Sequence record: SRR20825010_2136
DNA: 64,000 nucleotides
Strand: one strand, 5' to 3'
The notes beneath the pieces were generated by a model. It ran no database searches, was not told the origin of the DNA, and saw only the letters and a list, made by a program, of their open reading frames with translations. Both the position numbers and the translations under genes were made by a program. Every line of letters starts with the position of its first letter. Position 1 is the first letter of the stretch. Below are positions 1 to 10,210 of the stretch, piece after piece.

Positions 1-1
1 A

Positions 2-118
2 ATTTCTAAATTCTACGAAAGAATGCCAAAGCCAACTGCTATGGCAATAGAAGAGTTCGCCAATGACGAAATCTATTGGAGAATGAATGAAGCTGAAGAA
101 GCTACTGAAACAAAATAA
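2..118 (+). CDS. rpoZ: RNA polymerase omega subunit, 3' end only (truncated by window start)
   Basis: Frame 2 reads ISKFYERMPKPTAMAIEEFANDEIYWR...ETK*, matching the Bacteroidota-type omega C-terminus. It lies directly upstream of coaBC, the usual synteny. Confidence 0.8.
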   Translation: MSKFYERMPKPTAMAIEEFANDEIYWRMNEAEEATETK

Positions 119-124
119 CACCCA

Positions 125-1330
125 ATGTTATTAAAGGGTAAGAAAATTATTCTGGGAGTAACCGGAAGTATAGCAGCTTACAAGGCTGCTATTTTCGTTA
201 GGTTACTAGTGAAAGAGGGAGCAGAAGTTAAGGTTATTATGACCAAAGCTGCTACCGATTTCATTACCCCCCTAACACTTTCTACCCTTTCCAAAAACCC
301 TGTTCTCATTGAATTTAAAAAAGACAATACGGGCGAATGGAATAATCATGTTGATTTAGGGCTTTGGGCAAATGCCATAATCCTTGCACCTGTTAGTGCT
401 AATACAATTGGTAAAATGGCCAATGGGCTTTGTGATAACCTACTTTTAGCTACCTACCTTTCTGCGAGGTGCCCAGTGTTTTTCGCTCCAGCCATGGATT
501 TGGACATGTACCAACACCCATCGGTATTGGCCAATATTCAAAAGCTGATTGGTTTCGGGAACCGCCTAATTGAAGCTGAATATGGCGAATTAGCCAGTGG
601 ACTTATTGGTCAAGGTAGAATGGCAGAACCTGAAAATCTTGTCGCTCACCTTTCAGGTTTCTTCTCAAAGAAGTCTATACTGAAAGGCAAAAAAGTAATG
701 ATTACGGCAGGCCCAACCTATGAACCCATCGATCCTGTCCGTTTTATAGGCAACCATTCTACTGGAAAAATGGGTTATGCCTTAGCCGAAGAAGCTGCGA
801 ATCAGGGCGCTCAAGTCACCTTAATTTCTGGCCCAACCCACCTTTCTATTGAACATTCAAACATTAAGCTTATCCAAGTGAAATCGGGCGATCAGATGTA
901 TGAAGCATGTTCCATCGCCAATCAAATTTCCGATATTAATATCATGGCTGCAGCTGTGGCTGATTATATGCCAAAAACGGTGGCAGACCAAAAAATAAAG
1001 AAGAAGGGTGATGAAATGACGGTTGAGTTGGTAAAGACCACAGACATCGCCAAATCACTGGGTGCCATTAAAAGGAAGGATCAGTTTAATGTCGGCTTTG
1101 CACTAGAGACTGAAGCTGAAATAGAACACGCCCAACAAAAAATAAAAAGTAAGAATTTCGACTTCATTGTACTTAACTCGCTCAACGACAAAGGTGCAGG
1201 ATTTGGTCACGACACGAATAAGATTATGATCATTGACAATCAAAATAATATTCAGCATTTTGAGTTAAAGTCAAAAAGGGAAGTTGCCAAAGACATCATC
1301 AATGCCATCGTTCAAAAACTGGAAGCTTAG
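125..1330 (+). CDS. coaBC: Bifunctional phosphopantothenoylcysteine decarboxylase / phosphopantothenate-cysteine ligase
   Basis: Motifs GVTGSIAAYK, APAMD, GRMAEP, TAGPTYEPIDPVRFIGNHSTGKMG, AAVADY and GFALET. Confidence 0.97.
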   Translation: MLLKGKKIILGVTGSIAAYKAAIFVRLLVKEGAEVKVIMTKAATDFITPLTLSTLSKNPVLIEFKKDNTGEWNNHVDLGLWANAIILAPVSANTIGKMANGLCDNLLLATYLSARCPVFFAPAMDLDMYQHPSVLANIQKLIGFGNRLIEAEYGELASGLIGQGRMAEPENLVAHLSGFFSKKSILKGKKVMITAGPTYEPIDPVRFIGNHSTGKMGYALAEEAANQGAQVTLISGPTHLSIEHSNIKLIQVKSGDQMYEACSIANQISDINIMAAAVADYMPKTVADQKIKKKGDEMTVELVKTTDIAKSLGAIKRKDQFNVGFALETEAEIEHAQQKIKSKNFDFIVLNSLNDKGAGFGHDTNKIMIIDNQNNIQHFELKSKREVAKDIINAIVQKLEA

Positions 1331-2219
1331 TTTCTTCGGCTTGTGCTTAGCCACGCTCCCACTCCATATGGTCGCTCAAGAGCTTGACTTTACGGTGAGT
1401 GTGAATGCATCGAACGTGCAAACTACTGAAAGAGCCATTTTCTCTGAAATGGAAACAGCCATGCAGCGTTTCTTCAATGATAGAGTTTGGACAGACGATA
1501 ACTTTCAACCCAACGAAAAAATAAAGGGCAATCTGATCCTCAATATTCAAGACCAACCTTCAATCGGTCAGTTCAAAGCCAATGCACAAATCCAGATCAT
1601 TCGGCCAGTTTATGGCGCTTCTTATGAAACATTACTTTTGAACTTTGCCGACCGTGATTGGGAATTCCAATTCAGCCAAGGGCAATCCATGGATTTCAGT
1701 GAGAATAGATTTCTTAACAACATCACTTCACTTTTAGGTTTCTATGCTTACATCGCCATTGGTTTGGATTACGATTCCTTCAGTCCATTGGGTGGAACAC
1801 CTTATTTTAGATCTGCCTTAAATGTGGTCAATAGTGCCCAAAATAATGGTGGCGCTGGTTGGGGTCAATTTCAAAGTAGAAGAAATCGATATTGGTTAGT
1901 GGAGAACTTAGCCATCAATAGTCAATATGAACCTGTAAGAAAAGGCCTTTACGATTATCACATTAATGGTTTAGACAAATTCAAAGATGACCCAAAGGCT
2001 TGTAGAGAAACCATTAGCCAAGTTATTAAAGATATTCAAACTGTTAACGAGATACTTCCCAATGCCATATTGATTACTGCATTTTTGGATACGAAAAATG
2101 AGGAAATCACCAGCATCTTTTCAGAAGGCCAAACGAACATCAGAAAAGAGGTCTACAATGAGTTGTTGAAACTGGATCCCACACGCAGAAATAAATACCA
2201 GAAAATCGTTCAAAACTAG
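1302..2219 (+). CDS. porD: DUF4835 family secreted protein (type IX secretion component PorD-like)
   Basis: Signal peptide followed by AQEL; RPVYGASYET, FYAYIAIGLDYDSFSPLGG and NRYWL motifs; coaBC-DUF4835-recN synteny. ATG at 1302 preferred over TTG at 1284. Confidence 0.8.
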   Translation: MPSFKNWKLSFFGLCLATLPLHMVAQELDFTVSVNASNVQTTERAIFSEMETAMQRFFNDRVWTDDNFQPNEKIKGNLILNIQDQPSIGQFKANAQIQIIRPVYGASYETLLLNFADRDWEFQFSQGQSMDFSENRFLNNITSLLGFYAYIAIGLDYDSFSPLGGTPYFRSALNVVNSAQNNGGAGWGQFQSRRNRYWLVENLAINSQYEPVRKGLYDYHINGLDKFKDDPKACRETISQVIKDIQTVNEILPNAILITAFLDTKNEEITSIFSEGQTNIRKEVYNELLKLDPTRRNKYQKIVQN

Positions 2220-2244
2220 TATTGTCACAACACCATGTAATTGA

Positions 2245-2252
2245 TACATTTG
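2245..2252 (+). promoter_or_regulatory. Bacteroidota sigma-A -7 element (TAnnTTTG) for recN, probably leaderless
   Basis: TACATTTG ends 4 nt before the recN ATG at 2257. Confidence 0.55.
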
Positions 2253-2256
2253 TACT

Positions 2257-3906
2257 ATGCTTCAACGCCTAAGTATAGAAAATTATGCACTGATTCGACA
2301 ATTGGAAATCAACCCTGATGCCCAGTTGAATATCATTACTGGAGAAACTGGCGCTGGAAAATCTATTATCCTGGGCGCCCTTGGTCTACTGCTCGGTAAT
2401 CGTGCCGATACCAAATCATTATTAGACCAAGACAAGAAATGCGTCATTGAAGGTGCCTTCGATATTTCTGCCTATCAGCTTAAAAGCCTCTTCGAAGAAA
2501 ATGATATGGATTACGATCCAGAATGCATCATAAGGCGAGAAATTAGCACCAGTGGTAAATCAAGAGCTTTTGTAAACGATGGATTGACCAACCTTGACTT
2601 CCTGAAACTATTAGGAAAAAGGCTTATGGACATTCATTCACAGCATGACAACCTACTTCTGAGCGCGAATAGTTATCAATTAGGTTTGGTGGATGCTTTC
2701 GCTCAAAACAATGGTTTGGTTAGGCAATACACTGTATCCTTTTCTGATTACCGCGTCAAGCATGAAATTCTTGAACAACTAAAATCAGAGTCTGCTGAAT
2801 TGAGAAAAGAAGCAGACTACCATCAGTTTCTATTTGACGAACTAGACAAAGCACAGCTTCAGACGAATGAGCAAGAAGTTTTAGAAGCTGAACTGAATAA
2901 GCTTGAGAACGCTGAAGAAATTAAACTCAAGCTGAATGAAGCTTTGAGTGCATTGGATCAATCTGAATTTAATGCCAACCAAATGTTGCAAGGCGCTAAA
3001 GTGGCCCTGGGTCAGATCAACAAATTCTCCAAAGAATATGAGGCACTTTTTGAACGACTGAACAGTAGTTGGATAGAATTAAAAGATATTATTGTTGAAC
3101 TAGAAACCGAAGAAGGGCAAGTAGAGTATGAGCCACAGCGGGCCGAAGAAGTACAAGAACGACTGAGTCTCATTTATAAGTTGCAACAAAAACATCAGGT
3201 TTCAGACATTGCTTCCCTTCTTTCCGTTTATGAAGAATTAGGAGATAAAGTACTTAGGGTTGGTAATTTAGATGATGCCATTGAGGCAGCAGAAAAAGAA
3301 GCCAACCAAGCCTATGAGTTAGTTGGAACTTCTGGAGAAGCACTAAGTCAATCCAGAACCAAAGTGTTCTCCAACTTTGAAAAGCAAATTGGCGGGCTAC
3401 TCGATGACCTCGGTATGCCACATGCTAAGCTGGCCATTCAACATGAAAAACAGGCTCCTTCTGAATCTGGAGTTGATAAAATCAATTTACTCTTCTCTGC
3501 CAACAAAGGAATTGCACCACAGCCACTGAAACAAGTAGCTTCTGGTGGTGAATTTTCAAGACTGATGTTTGCCGTAAAATATATTCTGGCAGATAAAACC
3601 GCTTTACCTACGATCGTATTCGATGAAATTGATGCTGGTATTTCAGGAGAAATATCCATTCAGATGGCGGAAATGATGAATAAGATGGCGCAAAACCATC
3701 AGGTAATTACCATTACGCATTTGCCACAAATTGCTGCCCGAGGAAAGTCACATTACTATGTGTATAAAGACAATGCACAAGATGTGACAGCAAGTAACAT
3801 TAGGAAGCTAAACCATGAAGAACGCTTGTCTGAATTAGCGCAAATGATTGGTGGTAAGCAATTCTCTGAAAGTTCGTTAGAGAGCGCGAGAGAGCTAATG
3901 AAGTAA
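2257..3906 (+). CDS. recN: DNA repair protein RecN
   Basis: Walker A TGETGAGKS, coiled coil, signature ASGGEFSR, Walker B VFDEID and ITHLPQIAA. Confidence 0.97.
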   Translation: MLQRLSIENYALIRQLEINPDAQLNIITGETGAGKSIILGALGLLLGNRADTKSLLDQDKKCVIEGAFDISAYQLKSLFEENDMDYDPECIIRREISTSGKSRAFVNDGLTNLDFLKLLGKRLMDIHSQHDNLLLSANSYQLGLVDAFAQNNGLVRQYTVSFSDYRVKHEILEQLKSESAELRKEADYHQFLFDELDKAQLQTNEQEVLEAELNKLENAEEIKLKLNEALSALDQSEFNANQMLQGAKVALGQINKFSKEYEALFERLNSSWIELKDIIVELETEEGQVEYEPQRAEEVQERLSLIYKLQQKHQVSDIASLLSVYEELGDKVLRVGNLDDAIEAAEKEANQAYELVGTSGEALSQSRTKVFSNFEKQIGGLLDDLGMPHAKLAIQHEKQAPSESGVDKINLLFSANKGIAPQPLKQVASGGEFSRLMFAVKYILADKTALPTIVFDEIDAGISGEISIQMAEMMNKMAQNHQVITITHLPQIAARGKSHYYVYKDNAQDVTASNIRKLNHEERLSELAQMIGGKQFSESSLESARELMK

Positions 3907-3931
3907 CCACCTTCCTTCCCCCTTAAAACCA

Positions 3932-3964
3932 AGAAAGTCGATTTGGAAACCAAACCGACTTTCT
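3932..3964. terminator. Hairpin between convergent recN and AGCS genes, probably a bidirectional terminator
   Basis: AGAAAGTCG-A-TTTGG-AAA-CCAAA-C-CGACTTTCT inverted repeat. Confidence 0.6.
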
Positions 3965-3984
3965 CGTAATTTCTATTCTATATC

Positions 3985-5406
3985 TTAATTCTTATCGAAC
4001 TCTCCCGCTTTATGACGAGCAAAGTAAGATTTTGTTGCCTTCATTACTTTTGGAGCTAGAATCAGTGCTGAAACCATGGTAGGAATCGCCATCAAAGCAA
4101 AACTTCCATCAATCAAATTCACTACAAAACCTAAAGAAGCCACGGCTCCAAGAATAATTGTACCGATGTATACATAATTATAGAGTTCTCCCTTTTTTGC
4201 TCCGAACAAGTAGGATACACTTTTCACTCCATAATAGGAATAAGAAAGTAAACTAGACACAGCAAATACTAAGATACAAAGCCCTAACAAATAGCCCCCA
4301 ACTCCTGGGATAGCAGCATTAAAAGCTTTTAGGGTTAATGTAACACCGAGCAAACCAGTGTCAGCCGCGCCAACAAACTCATGATGAACCCCAGTACCTA
4401 AAATCACCAATGCGGTAAGTGTACATACTAAAAGTGTATCAATGGCTGGACCAAGCATGGCCACAAGACCTTCGCGTACAGGTTCTTCTGTTTTTGTGTC
4501 TCCATGTACCATTGGGGCAGTTCCAATGCCTGCTTCATTAGAAAAGGCAGCTCGTTTGGCTCCTATAATAATCACGGCTCCAATACCACCTCCCAAAATG
4601 GCACTACCTGAAAATGCTTCTTCGAAAATTGAAGCGAAAATATCAGGAATACCCGTTACATTCTGAAGTAGAATGTAAACCACCAAACCGAAATACAACA
4701 CCACCATAGAAGGCACCAATTTGGCAGCTACACTACTAATTCTTTTAATACCCCCAAAGATCACCATAGACACTAAGGCCATTAAGATAAGTCCAGTAAC
4801 AAATGACGCTATTCCCACTGGAGCACCAAAGAGGTTAAATGTTGCTTCAGTATCATAGCCAACCGCTGGACCTAAAACGGCATTCATGGCCGCAGTAAGT
4901 TGATTTGCTTGGAAAATAGGCAAAGCTCCAATCAGCGTAAAAACGCAAAAGAATATGGCCATTGGCTTCCATTTTTTACCTAAACCTTCGGTAATTACAT
5001 ACATGGGACCGCCTCTTACTTCACCTTCACTGTCTTTTCCACGGTACATTACCGAAAGCGTACAGGTGAAAAATTTGGTCGCCATACCAACAAATGCAGA
5101 AACCCACATCCAAAAAATAGCCCCTGGGCCACCCATGGTAATGGCCACCGCCACACCACTGATATTACCCATCCCTACTGTGGCCGCTAAGGCTGTAGAA
5201 AGTGCTTCGTAGTGCGTTATTTGCCCTTCTTCATGATGAGTATCATACTTCCCTCTCAATACATTTATAGCGTGACCTATGTATTTGAAAGGCAAAAACC
5301 GTGAATAAAACAAGAATACTAGTCCTCCACCCATTACCAATATTAAGAGGGGAACTCCCCAAATCCAGCCACTAAAGCTGGATACAGCATCTTCTATAAA
5401 ACCCAA
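3985..5406 (-). CDS. Alanine/glycine:cation symporter (AGCS) family protein
   Basis: ATVGMGNISGVA, GGPGAIFWMW, GGPMY and FSNEAGIGTAP motifs; many TM helices. Confidence 0.95.
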   Translation of the reverse strand: MGFIEDAVSSFSGWIWGVPLLILVMGGGLVFLFYSRFLPFKYIGHAINVLRGKYDTHHEEGQITHYEALSTALAATVGMGNISGVAVAITMGGPGAIFWMWVSAFVGMATKFFTCTLSVMYRGKDSEGEVRGGPMYVITEGLGKKWKPMAIFFCVFTLIGALPIFQANQLTAAMNAVLGPAVGYDTEATFNLFGAPVGIASFVTGLILMALVSMVIFGGIKRISSVAAKLVPSMVVLYFGLVVYILLQNVTGIPDIFASIFEEAFSGSAILGGGIGAVIIIGAKRAAFSNEAGIGTAPMVHGDTKTEEPVREGLVAMLGPAIDTLLVCTLTALVILGTGVHHEFVGAADTGLLGVTLTLKAFNAAIPGVGGYLLGLCILVFAVSSLLSYSYYGVKSVSYLFGAKKGELYNYVYIGTIILGAVASLGFVVNLIDGSFALMAIPTMVSALILAPKVMKATKSYFARHKAGEFDKN

Positions 5407-5517
5407 GTCAGTAATTTTTTAGTTAAGCTACTATATTAGTTCAATCCGCGTAACCGTACAAGAAGTATAGTCATTTTGTAGACTAACGGTAAATTGGATG
5501 ACTTTACTACGGTCATA

Positions 5518-5555
5518 AACAAAAGAAGCGGAAATGGATTAACCATTCCCGCTTC
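5518..5555 (-). terminator. Rho-independent terminator of the TPR-to-tonB operon
   Basis: GAAGCGG-A-AATGG...CCATT-C-CCGCTTC stem with an A-tract on its left, which is a U-tract on the minus strand. Confidence 0.65.
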
Positions 5556-5608
5556 CTTATTAAGTTTCTTAATTGTTTCTAATTCAACCAAAAGCAGGTT
5601 TGCACGAG

Positions 5609-6583
5609 TTAATTCGTTTTGATCACAAAGGTGATTTCGCCTTTAGAAATATTGGCTGCCATTTTGGATGGATCAGTCTGGATAAACGCCAGCTTCTCCA
5701 CTTGTTTTTTATAAAACTCGATAATTGTGTTATCGCTAATAGTCGTGCCCGGAATTTTAGTCACGTTAATTACCGTACCTCGATCATCTACTTCAATTCT
5801 GAATTTAATAACACCCTCGATCTGTGAATCGTCCTTTTCTGCAGGGGGTCTCTCCCACTTCCAGCCATCAAGACTCAAACTAACACCTAAATCGGCACCA
5901 CCTGGTTGTGTACCATTCGCAGTAGTCTTCCCTTTAGGGTCGCCCATGTTACCTCTTTTATCTACTTCTTTCCCTTGATTGTTAGAGGCCGCTTCTTTGC
6001 TATCAGACTCTGCCTTTTTACCACCTCCCATAATAGCACGTTGGTCCACTACCGGTACTGGTTTAGGCTTTACCTCTTCCTTCTTTTCTTCAACGGGTTT
6101 GGTTACTTCCTTTTTAACTTCTACAGGTGGTTTTACCTCTTCTTTCTTCTCAACAACCTCTTCTACCTTCTTTTCTTCTGCTTTTACGGCACTTTCCTTT
6201 TCTTGAACCACTTCGGCTTTGACCTCTTCTTTAGGTTTAGGCGTTTCTTTGGCGACCTCTTTCACTACCTCTTGCTTAGGTGGAGTCACCTCTTTGACTT
6301 CCTCCACAACAGGAGTTTCCTCTACTGGATCATCTTCCGTCTCTTGTTCAGATTCTGGAGGTGTATCATTCTCAGTTTCATCGATTTCAGCCTTGTTCTC
6401 TCTTTCTATATCTCCAGAGCCAGCTTCTTCGAAACCAAAATTTAATTCTATACCGTATTCTGGGATTGGCGGATCAGGTTGGCGCCACGCCACAAGAAAT
6501 AAAAGCAAAGCCAGAATGGTACCATGCACGACTATCGACATGATCATACTGAACTTCTTATCTCTTTTTTCTTGATCTGACAT
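5609..6583 (-). CDS. tonB: TonB/TolA-like energy transducer
   Basis: One N-terminal TM helix with a conserved His (SIVVHG), a long E/K/P-rich linker, and a TonB_C-like end (GVIKFRIEVDDRGTV...GEITFVI). Follows exbB-exbD. ATG at 6583 preferred. Confidence 0.85.
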   Translation of the reverse strand: MSDQEKRDKKFSMIMSIVVHGTILALLLFLVAWRQPDPPIPEYGIELNFGFEEAGSGDIERENKAEIDETENDTPPESEQETEDDPVEETPVVEEVKEVTPPKQEVVKEVAKETPKPKEEVKAEVVQEKESAVKAEEKKVEEVVEKKEEVKPPVEVKKEVTKPVEEKKEEVKPKPVPVVDQRAIMGGGKKAESDSKEAASNNQGKEVDKRGNMGDPKGKTTANGTQPGGADLGVSLSLDGWKWERPPAEKDDSQIEGVIKFRIEVDDRGTVINVTKIPGTTISDNTIIEFYKKQVEKLAFIQTDPSKMAANISKGEITFVIKTN

Positions 6584-6584
6584 T

Positions 6585-6974
6585 TTACTCAGGTTTAGTA
6601 ACAATAGTCACTTTTTGCTTTAGTAGTGCCGCAATGCCTGCCACTTTCATAAAGTATTCAGCATCTACAGTTTTATCTACATGTAAAGTAACCGAACCAT
6701 CAGGCCCGCTTATTACTTTACGCAATTCTTGTTCCAAGTTTGTAAGCGTTACCTCCTTGTCATTTACATAGTAGTGTAAATCTTCCGTTATCGTAACGCT
6801 GTTCTTCTGCATTACTATATTAGAAGCCGCTGAAGAAGGCAAGTTTACCGGTAAACCAGATGGGGTAATAAAGGAAGCCGTCAGCATAAAGAAGATCAAC
6901 AACAAGAACACAATGTCTGTCATTGAAGACATACTGAAGTTGGCGTCTACCTTAAGTTTCGATTTAATATCCAT
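6585..6974 (-). CDS. exbD: ExbD/TolR biopolymer transport protein
   Basis: SMTDIVFLLLIFFML TM helix with the conserved Asp; VNLPS motif. Confidence 0.93.
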   Translation of the reverse strand: MDIKSKLKVDANFSMSSMTDIVFLLLIFFMLTASFITPSGLPVNLPSSAASNIVMQKNSVTITEDLHYYVNDKEVTLTNLEQELRKVISGPDGSVTLHVDKTVDAEYFMKVAGIAALLKQKVTIVTKPE

Positions 6975-7654
6975 TATTGAGGCTCTTGAAGTAAATCAAT
7001 AAAGTCAACCGAAGTATACTCCATATAATGAATGGCCTTCTGAACCCTAGAAACCAAGTAGTTATAACCTAAGTAGGCAATAATACCCACCACCAACCCC
7101 AGGGCTGTAGTGATCATAGCTTCATAAATACCGGTAGATAAAAGCTTAGGGCTCACCGAACCTTCTTCTTGCGCAATGGCAATAAAGGCTTGGATCATTC
7201 CCGTTACAGTACCCAAGAATCCTACCATTGGGGCAGCTCCCGATATAGTCGCCAACATAGATAAGTTCTTCTCAAGCTTATACACTTCAATTTTACCCAC
7301 GTTTTCGATAGAAGCTTCAATGGTCTTTAAAGGACTACCAATTCTATGGATCCCTTTCTCAATCATTTTGGCAATAGGAGATTCAGTTTGAGAACAAAGG
7401 AGTTTTGCTCCATTGATATCACCCGCTAAAACCAAATTTTTGATTTTGTCCATAAACTCGAATGGAGTTTTGGAGGCTCTGTTGATATGTCGATATCGTT
7501 CAAAAAATATGTAAATCGCTGTAATCCAAAGTGCTATCAAAGGAATCAACCAGACCCCTCCTTTTAACAGTAAATCAAACCAAAATAAAGCTCCTCCATC
7601 GCCACCTGAAATGTTTAAAGTATCAGATGCTGCGAGTTCTTGAATAATTGTCAT
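6974..7654 (-). CDS. exbB: MotA/TolQ/ExbB proton channel protein
   Basis: APMVGFLGTVTGMI and GIYEAMITTALGL motifs. Confidence 0.93.
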   Translation of the reverse strand: MTIIQELAASDTLNISGGDGGALFWFDLLLKGGVWLIPLIALWITAIYIFFERYRHINRASKTPFEFMDKIKNLVLAGDINGAKLLCSQTESPIAKMIEKGIHRIGSPLKTIEASIENVGKIEVYKLEKNLSMLATISGAAPMVGFLGTVTGMIQAFIAIAQEEGSVSPKLLSTGIYEAMITTALGLVVGIIAYLGYNYLVSRVQKAIHYMEYTSVDFIDLLQEPQ

Positions 7655-7655
7655 T

Positions 7656-8468
7656 TTAATATTTAAGTGCCCAGACTTCTTTTCCGTATTTTTCTCTGTA
7701 GGAGGCCAAAGCAGCTTCCGCTTCTTTTATTGAGCCTACATTCGGAATCATGATCCCAACTCTATGGAAAGCAGAGTTTCCAATAGGCTTTAGAACGTGT
7801 GCTGTAATTCCAGAAGCAACCAATTCGTTTCCTTTATCTTCCGCTAAGTCACCATCAAAGAAACTACCTACTACGGCAAAATAACGACCTTGACGTTCAG
7901 AAATTGTAATCAATTCAGCTTTTGGCGCCTCTACTTTTACTGGCTCAGGTTCTGGCTGAGGCTCAACCTTTGGTTGTTCAATTATGGGTTTGACTACAGG
8001 CTCAGGTTTTGGGGCTTCTTTCTTGTAAAAGACAAAATAAAATATGACCAAAAACACAACAAGTAACACGATACTGACGATCCAAATGCCACTGCTTTTT
8101 TTCTCTTCTTCTTTCTTTTCTACCATAATTACCTTCTTTTTAGGTGCAGGTGATTGATCTTTATTTTCTATTACAATAGGAGCTGCTGCTTGTGAAGACC
8201 GTTCTTCTTTTACCTCCTCCTTAGGCGATTCTTCTTGAACGGACGGTTTATCTGAAGTTTCACTTTTCGAAACTTCATCATCCACGAGCACTAACTCTTC
8301 TGAATTGTCATCAAGGGTATTCAAATCATCAATATCGTCTAAACCAAAGTCATCATCCGACACCTTAGGTTCTTCTTTTTTAGGGGCTCTTTTTTTACCC
8401 ACATTTGCAGGTGTCTTACCCACCTTTTTATTGTTGTCTGAAGAACTGTTCTTCTTTTTAGCAGCCAT
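7656..8468 (-). CDS. Membrane-anchored SPOR domain protein
   Basis: Charged disordered N-terminus, one TM helix, Pro-rich linker and a SPOR-like C-terminus (YFAVVGSF...A...HRVGI...W). Confidence 0.75.
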   Translation of the reverse strand: MAAKKKNSSSDNNKKVGKTPANVGKKRAPKKEEPKVSDDDFGLDDIDDLNTLDDNSEELVLVDDEVSKSETSDKPSVQEESPKEEVKEERSSQAAAPIVIENKDQSPAPKKKVIMVEKKEEEKKSSGIWIVSIVLLVVFLVIFYFVFYKKEAPKPEPVVKPIIEQPKVEPQPEPEPVKVEAPKAELITISERQGRYFAVVGSFFDGDLAEDKGNELVASGITAHVLKPIGNSAFHRVGIMIPNVGSIKEAEAALASYREKYGKEVWALKY

Positions 8469-8553
8469 AAGAAATAGTTATTGGTTGATATTTCTCCAAA
8501 TTAACAAAATATAGCTACGATATTAAAGGTGTAGCACATGCGAATCTACAAAA

Positions 8554-10209
8554 TTAGAAGGATACTGTAATCCCTCCCAACACTTGAATGCCTCGACTTG
8601 GGTAATTCAGGTATCTTTCGTACTCCTTCCCAAAAATATTTTTGAATTGTAAAAACACAGAAATTTTTTCATTTAAGTCATAATCACCGCCCAAGTTCAT
8701 GTCCACAATATCATCCATCTCTACCCTTGTACTGCTTTCTCTATTCAGACCAACCAGTCCTCCCATATAATAGAGGTCTGCAGTTACCTTTAAATTCTTT
8801 ACAGGGTAAAAGATATTATTAAAGACCGCTTGATACTGTGGTTTATGATATGGATCAGCCAAAGCGCTCAAAGTGTAATCGAAAAAATCGAACCTTAGGC
8901 CACTTCTAACACTCTCTACCTTCTCAAAAACCACTTCGCCATAAACGTTCGTACGGTCAACGGCATCGTTGTCATACAATACCTCAAACCTAGTGGAATC
9001 GGTAATGCTATTGGTAAAGAATGGCATACGTTGGATCGATGCCATTGAGAGTCCAGCGTTCAACCTAAGCCCATTGGTGAGGTCGAGGTTAATTCCTGCA
9101 AAAATATCGCTCTCCTTATCCGTATTGAGTAAGATAAAATCCCTCTGTAGAAATGCATTCTCACTTGCAAAGCCCTGAAAAGAATTGTATTCCAAATCTC
9201 CTTGATAACCTCCATAAATATTTATGCTACTGGTCGGGTTAACATCCAGTCTAGCATAAGGATATACTTTAAAGCCATCTTTTGCAGTCGTGGTAATTTG
9301 CGTTAAATCATCATTATCACCCGCTAAGTTAGCACCCACACTTACTTTAAAACCTCTTGCAGCGTACTCTAGGCGTGGTTTTGCATTGTAAAAATTCCTA
9401 CCAATTTTCTCAGTGTCTTCGCGGCTTGAGAAGGTTACTTGACCGCCCACTTTAAAGCGAAGTTCTTCTGAAAACTTATACCCTAAACCTAAATCGAAAT
9501 TGAATCGGCTTTCTTTTGCCTCGAAGTTATCTCTAAAGAAATCCCAATCTGTCTTAAAATGATAAGTAGTCACTTCATCCAAGGCAGTTTTCTCTACACC
9601 AGCCCTTGCCGTAAAGCTGTTGAACTTTCGCTCGACTAAATCAGGCGTAAGATCCAAAGCGGGGTTATAACCGTAGAAATGTACTTTTCTTTCCCCATAT
9701 TGAATATCACCAGAAATGGTATTCTTACCATTGAAGAACTTTCCGCCCAACACCACATCGGTTTTGGAATCACCAGAATTCTTATCGAAGACTGGGCCTT
9801 TGGCTGAAGAGCGATGTCTTATATACAAATTATAGAGATAGTTCGGGTTTCGAGTAGACCCCAAGTAAGCCTCACCTAACAATGTTCCAAAATTGCCATA
9901 ACCTAACTTAAAGTAGTTACCAGTAATGTCCTTTTCCTTTTGGTTTATGGCTAAATTAACGGCCCTGAAATTGGGCTGAATTGGCGTTAAACTCAGTACA
10001 TATTCATGGAAAGTATAGGTCTGTTGCGACTGTGCTTTTTGCACCGGCAGCTGCGGTATTTTCTCAAAATTCCTAGTCGCTGGCGGAAGCGTAATTTTCC
10101 GGTCCTTTCTAATTACGATTTCGGATTCTTCTAATTCACCTTGCTGGCCAAAAGCAGTGAAGGCCAACATTCCAAAAACAAGAGTAATGATATATCTAAA
10201 GTCTCTCAT
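8554..10209 (-). CDS. Outer-membrane beta-barrel protein (TonB-dependent-receptor-like)
   Basis: Signal peptide, alternating aromatic/hydrophobic strands, a C-terminal NIFGKEY...YPSRG segment and terminal Phe (GGITVSF). ATG at 10209 preferred. Confidence 0.75.
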   Translation of the reverse strand: MRDFRYIITLVFGMLAFTAFGQQGELEESEIVIRKDRKITLPPATRNFEKIPQLPVQKAQSQQTYTFHEYVLSLTPIQPNFRAVNLAINQKEKDITGNYFKLGYGNFGTLLGEAYLGSTRNPNYLYNLYIRHRSSAKGPVFDKNSGDSKTDVVLGGKFFNGKNTISGDIQYGERKVHFYGYNPALDLTPDLVERKFNSFTARAGVEKTALDEVTTYHFKTDWDFFRDNFEAKESRFNFDLGLGYKFSEELRFKVGGQVTFSSREDTEKIGRNFYNAKPRLEYAARGFKVSVGANLAGDNDDLTQITTTAKDGFKVYPYARLDVNPTSSINIYGGYQGDLEYNSFQGFASENAFLQRDFILLNTDKESDIFAGINLDLTNGLRLNAGLSMASIQRMPFFTNSITDSTRFEVLYDNDAVDRTNVYGEVVFEKVESVRSGLRFDFFDYTLSALADPYHKPQYQAVFNNIFYPVKNLKVTADLYYMGGLVGLNRESSTRVEMDDIVDMNLGGDYDLNEKISVFLQFKNIFGKEYERYLNYPSRGIQVLGGITVSF

Positions 10210-10210
10210 C

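Noticed and set aside
5980-6400. Quasi-repetitive DNA and overlapping + strand ORFs (5906-6445, 5979-6206, 6219-6575)
   Set aside because: They are the antisense shadow of the E/K/P/V-rich TonB linker, not a repeat array or separate genes.
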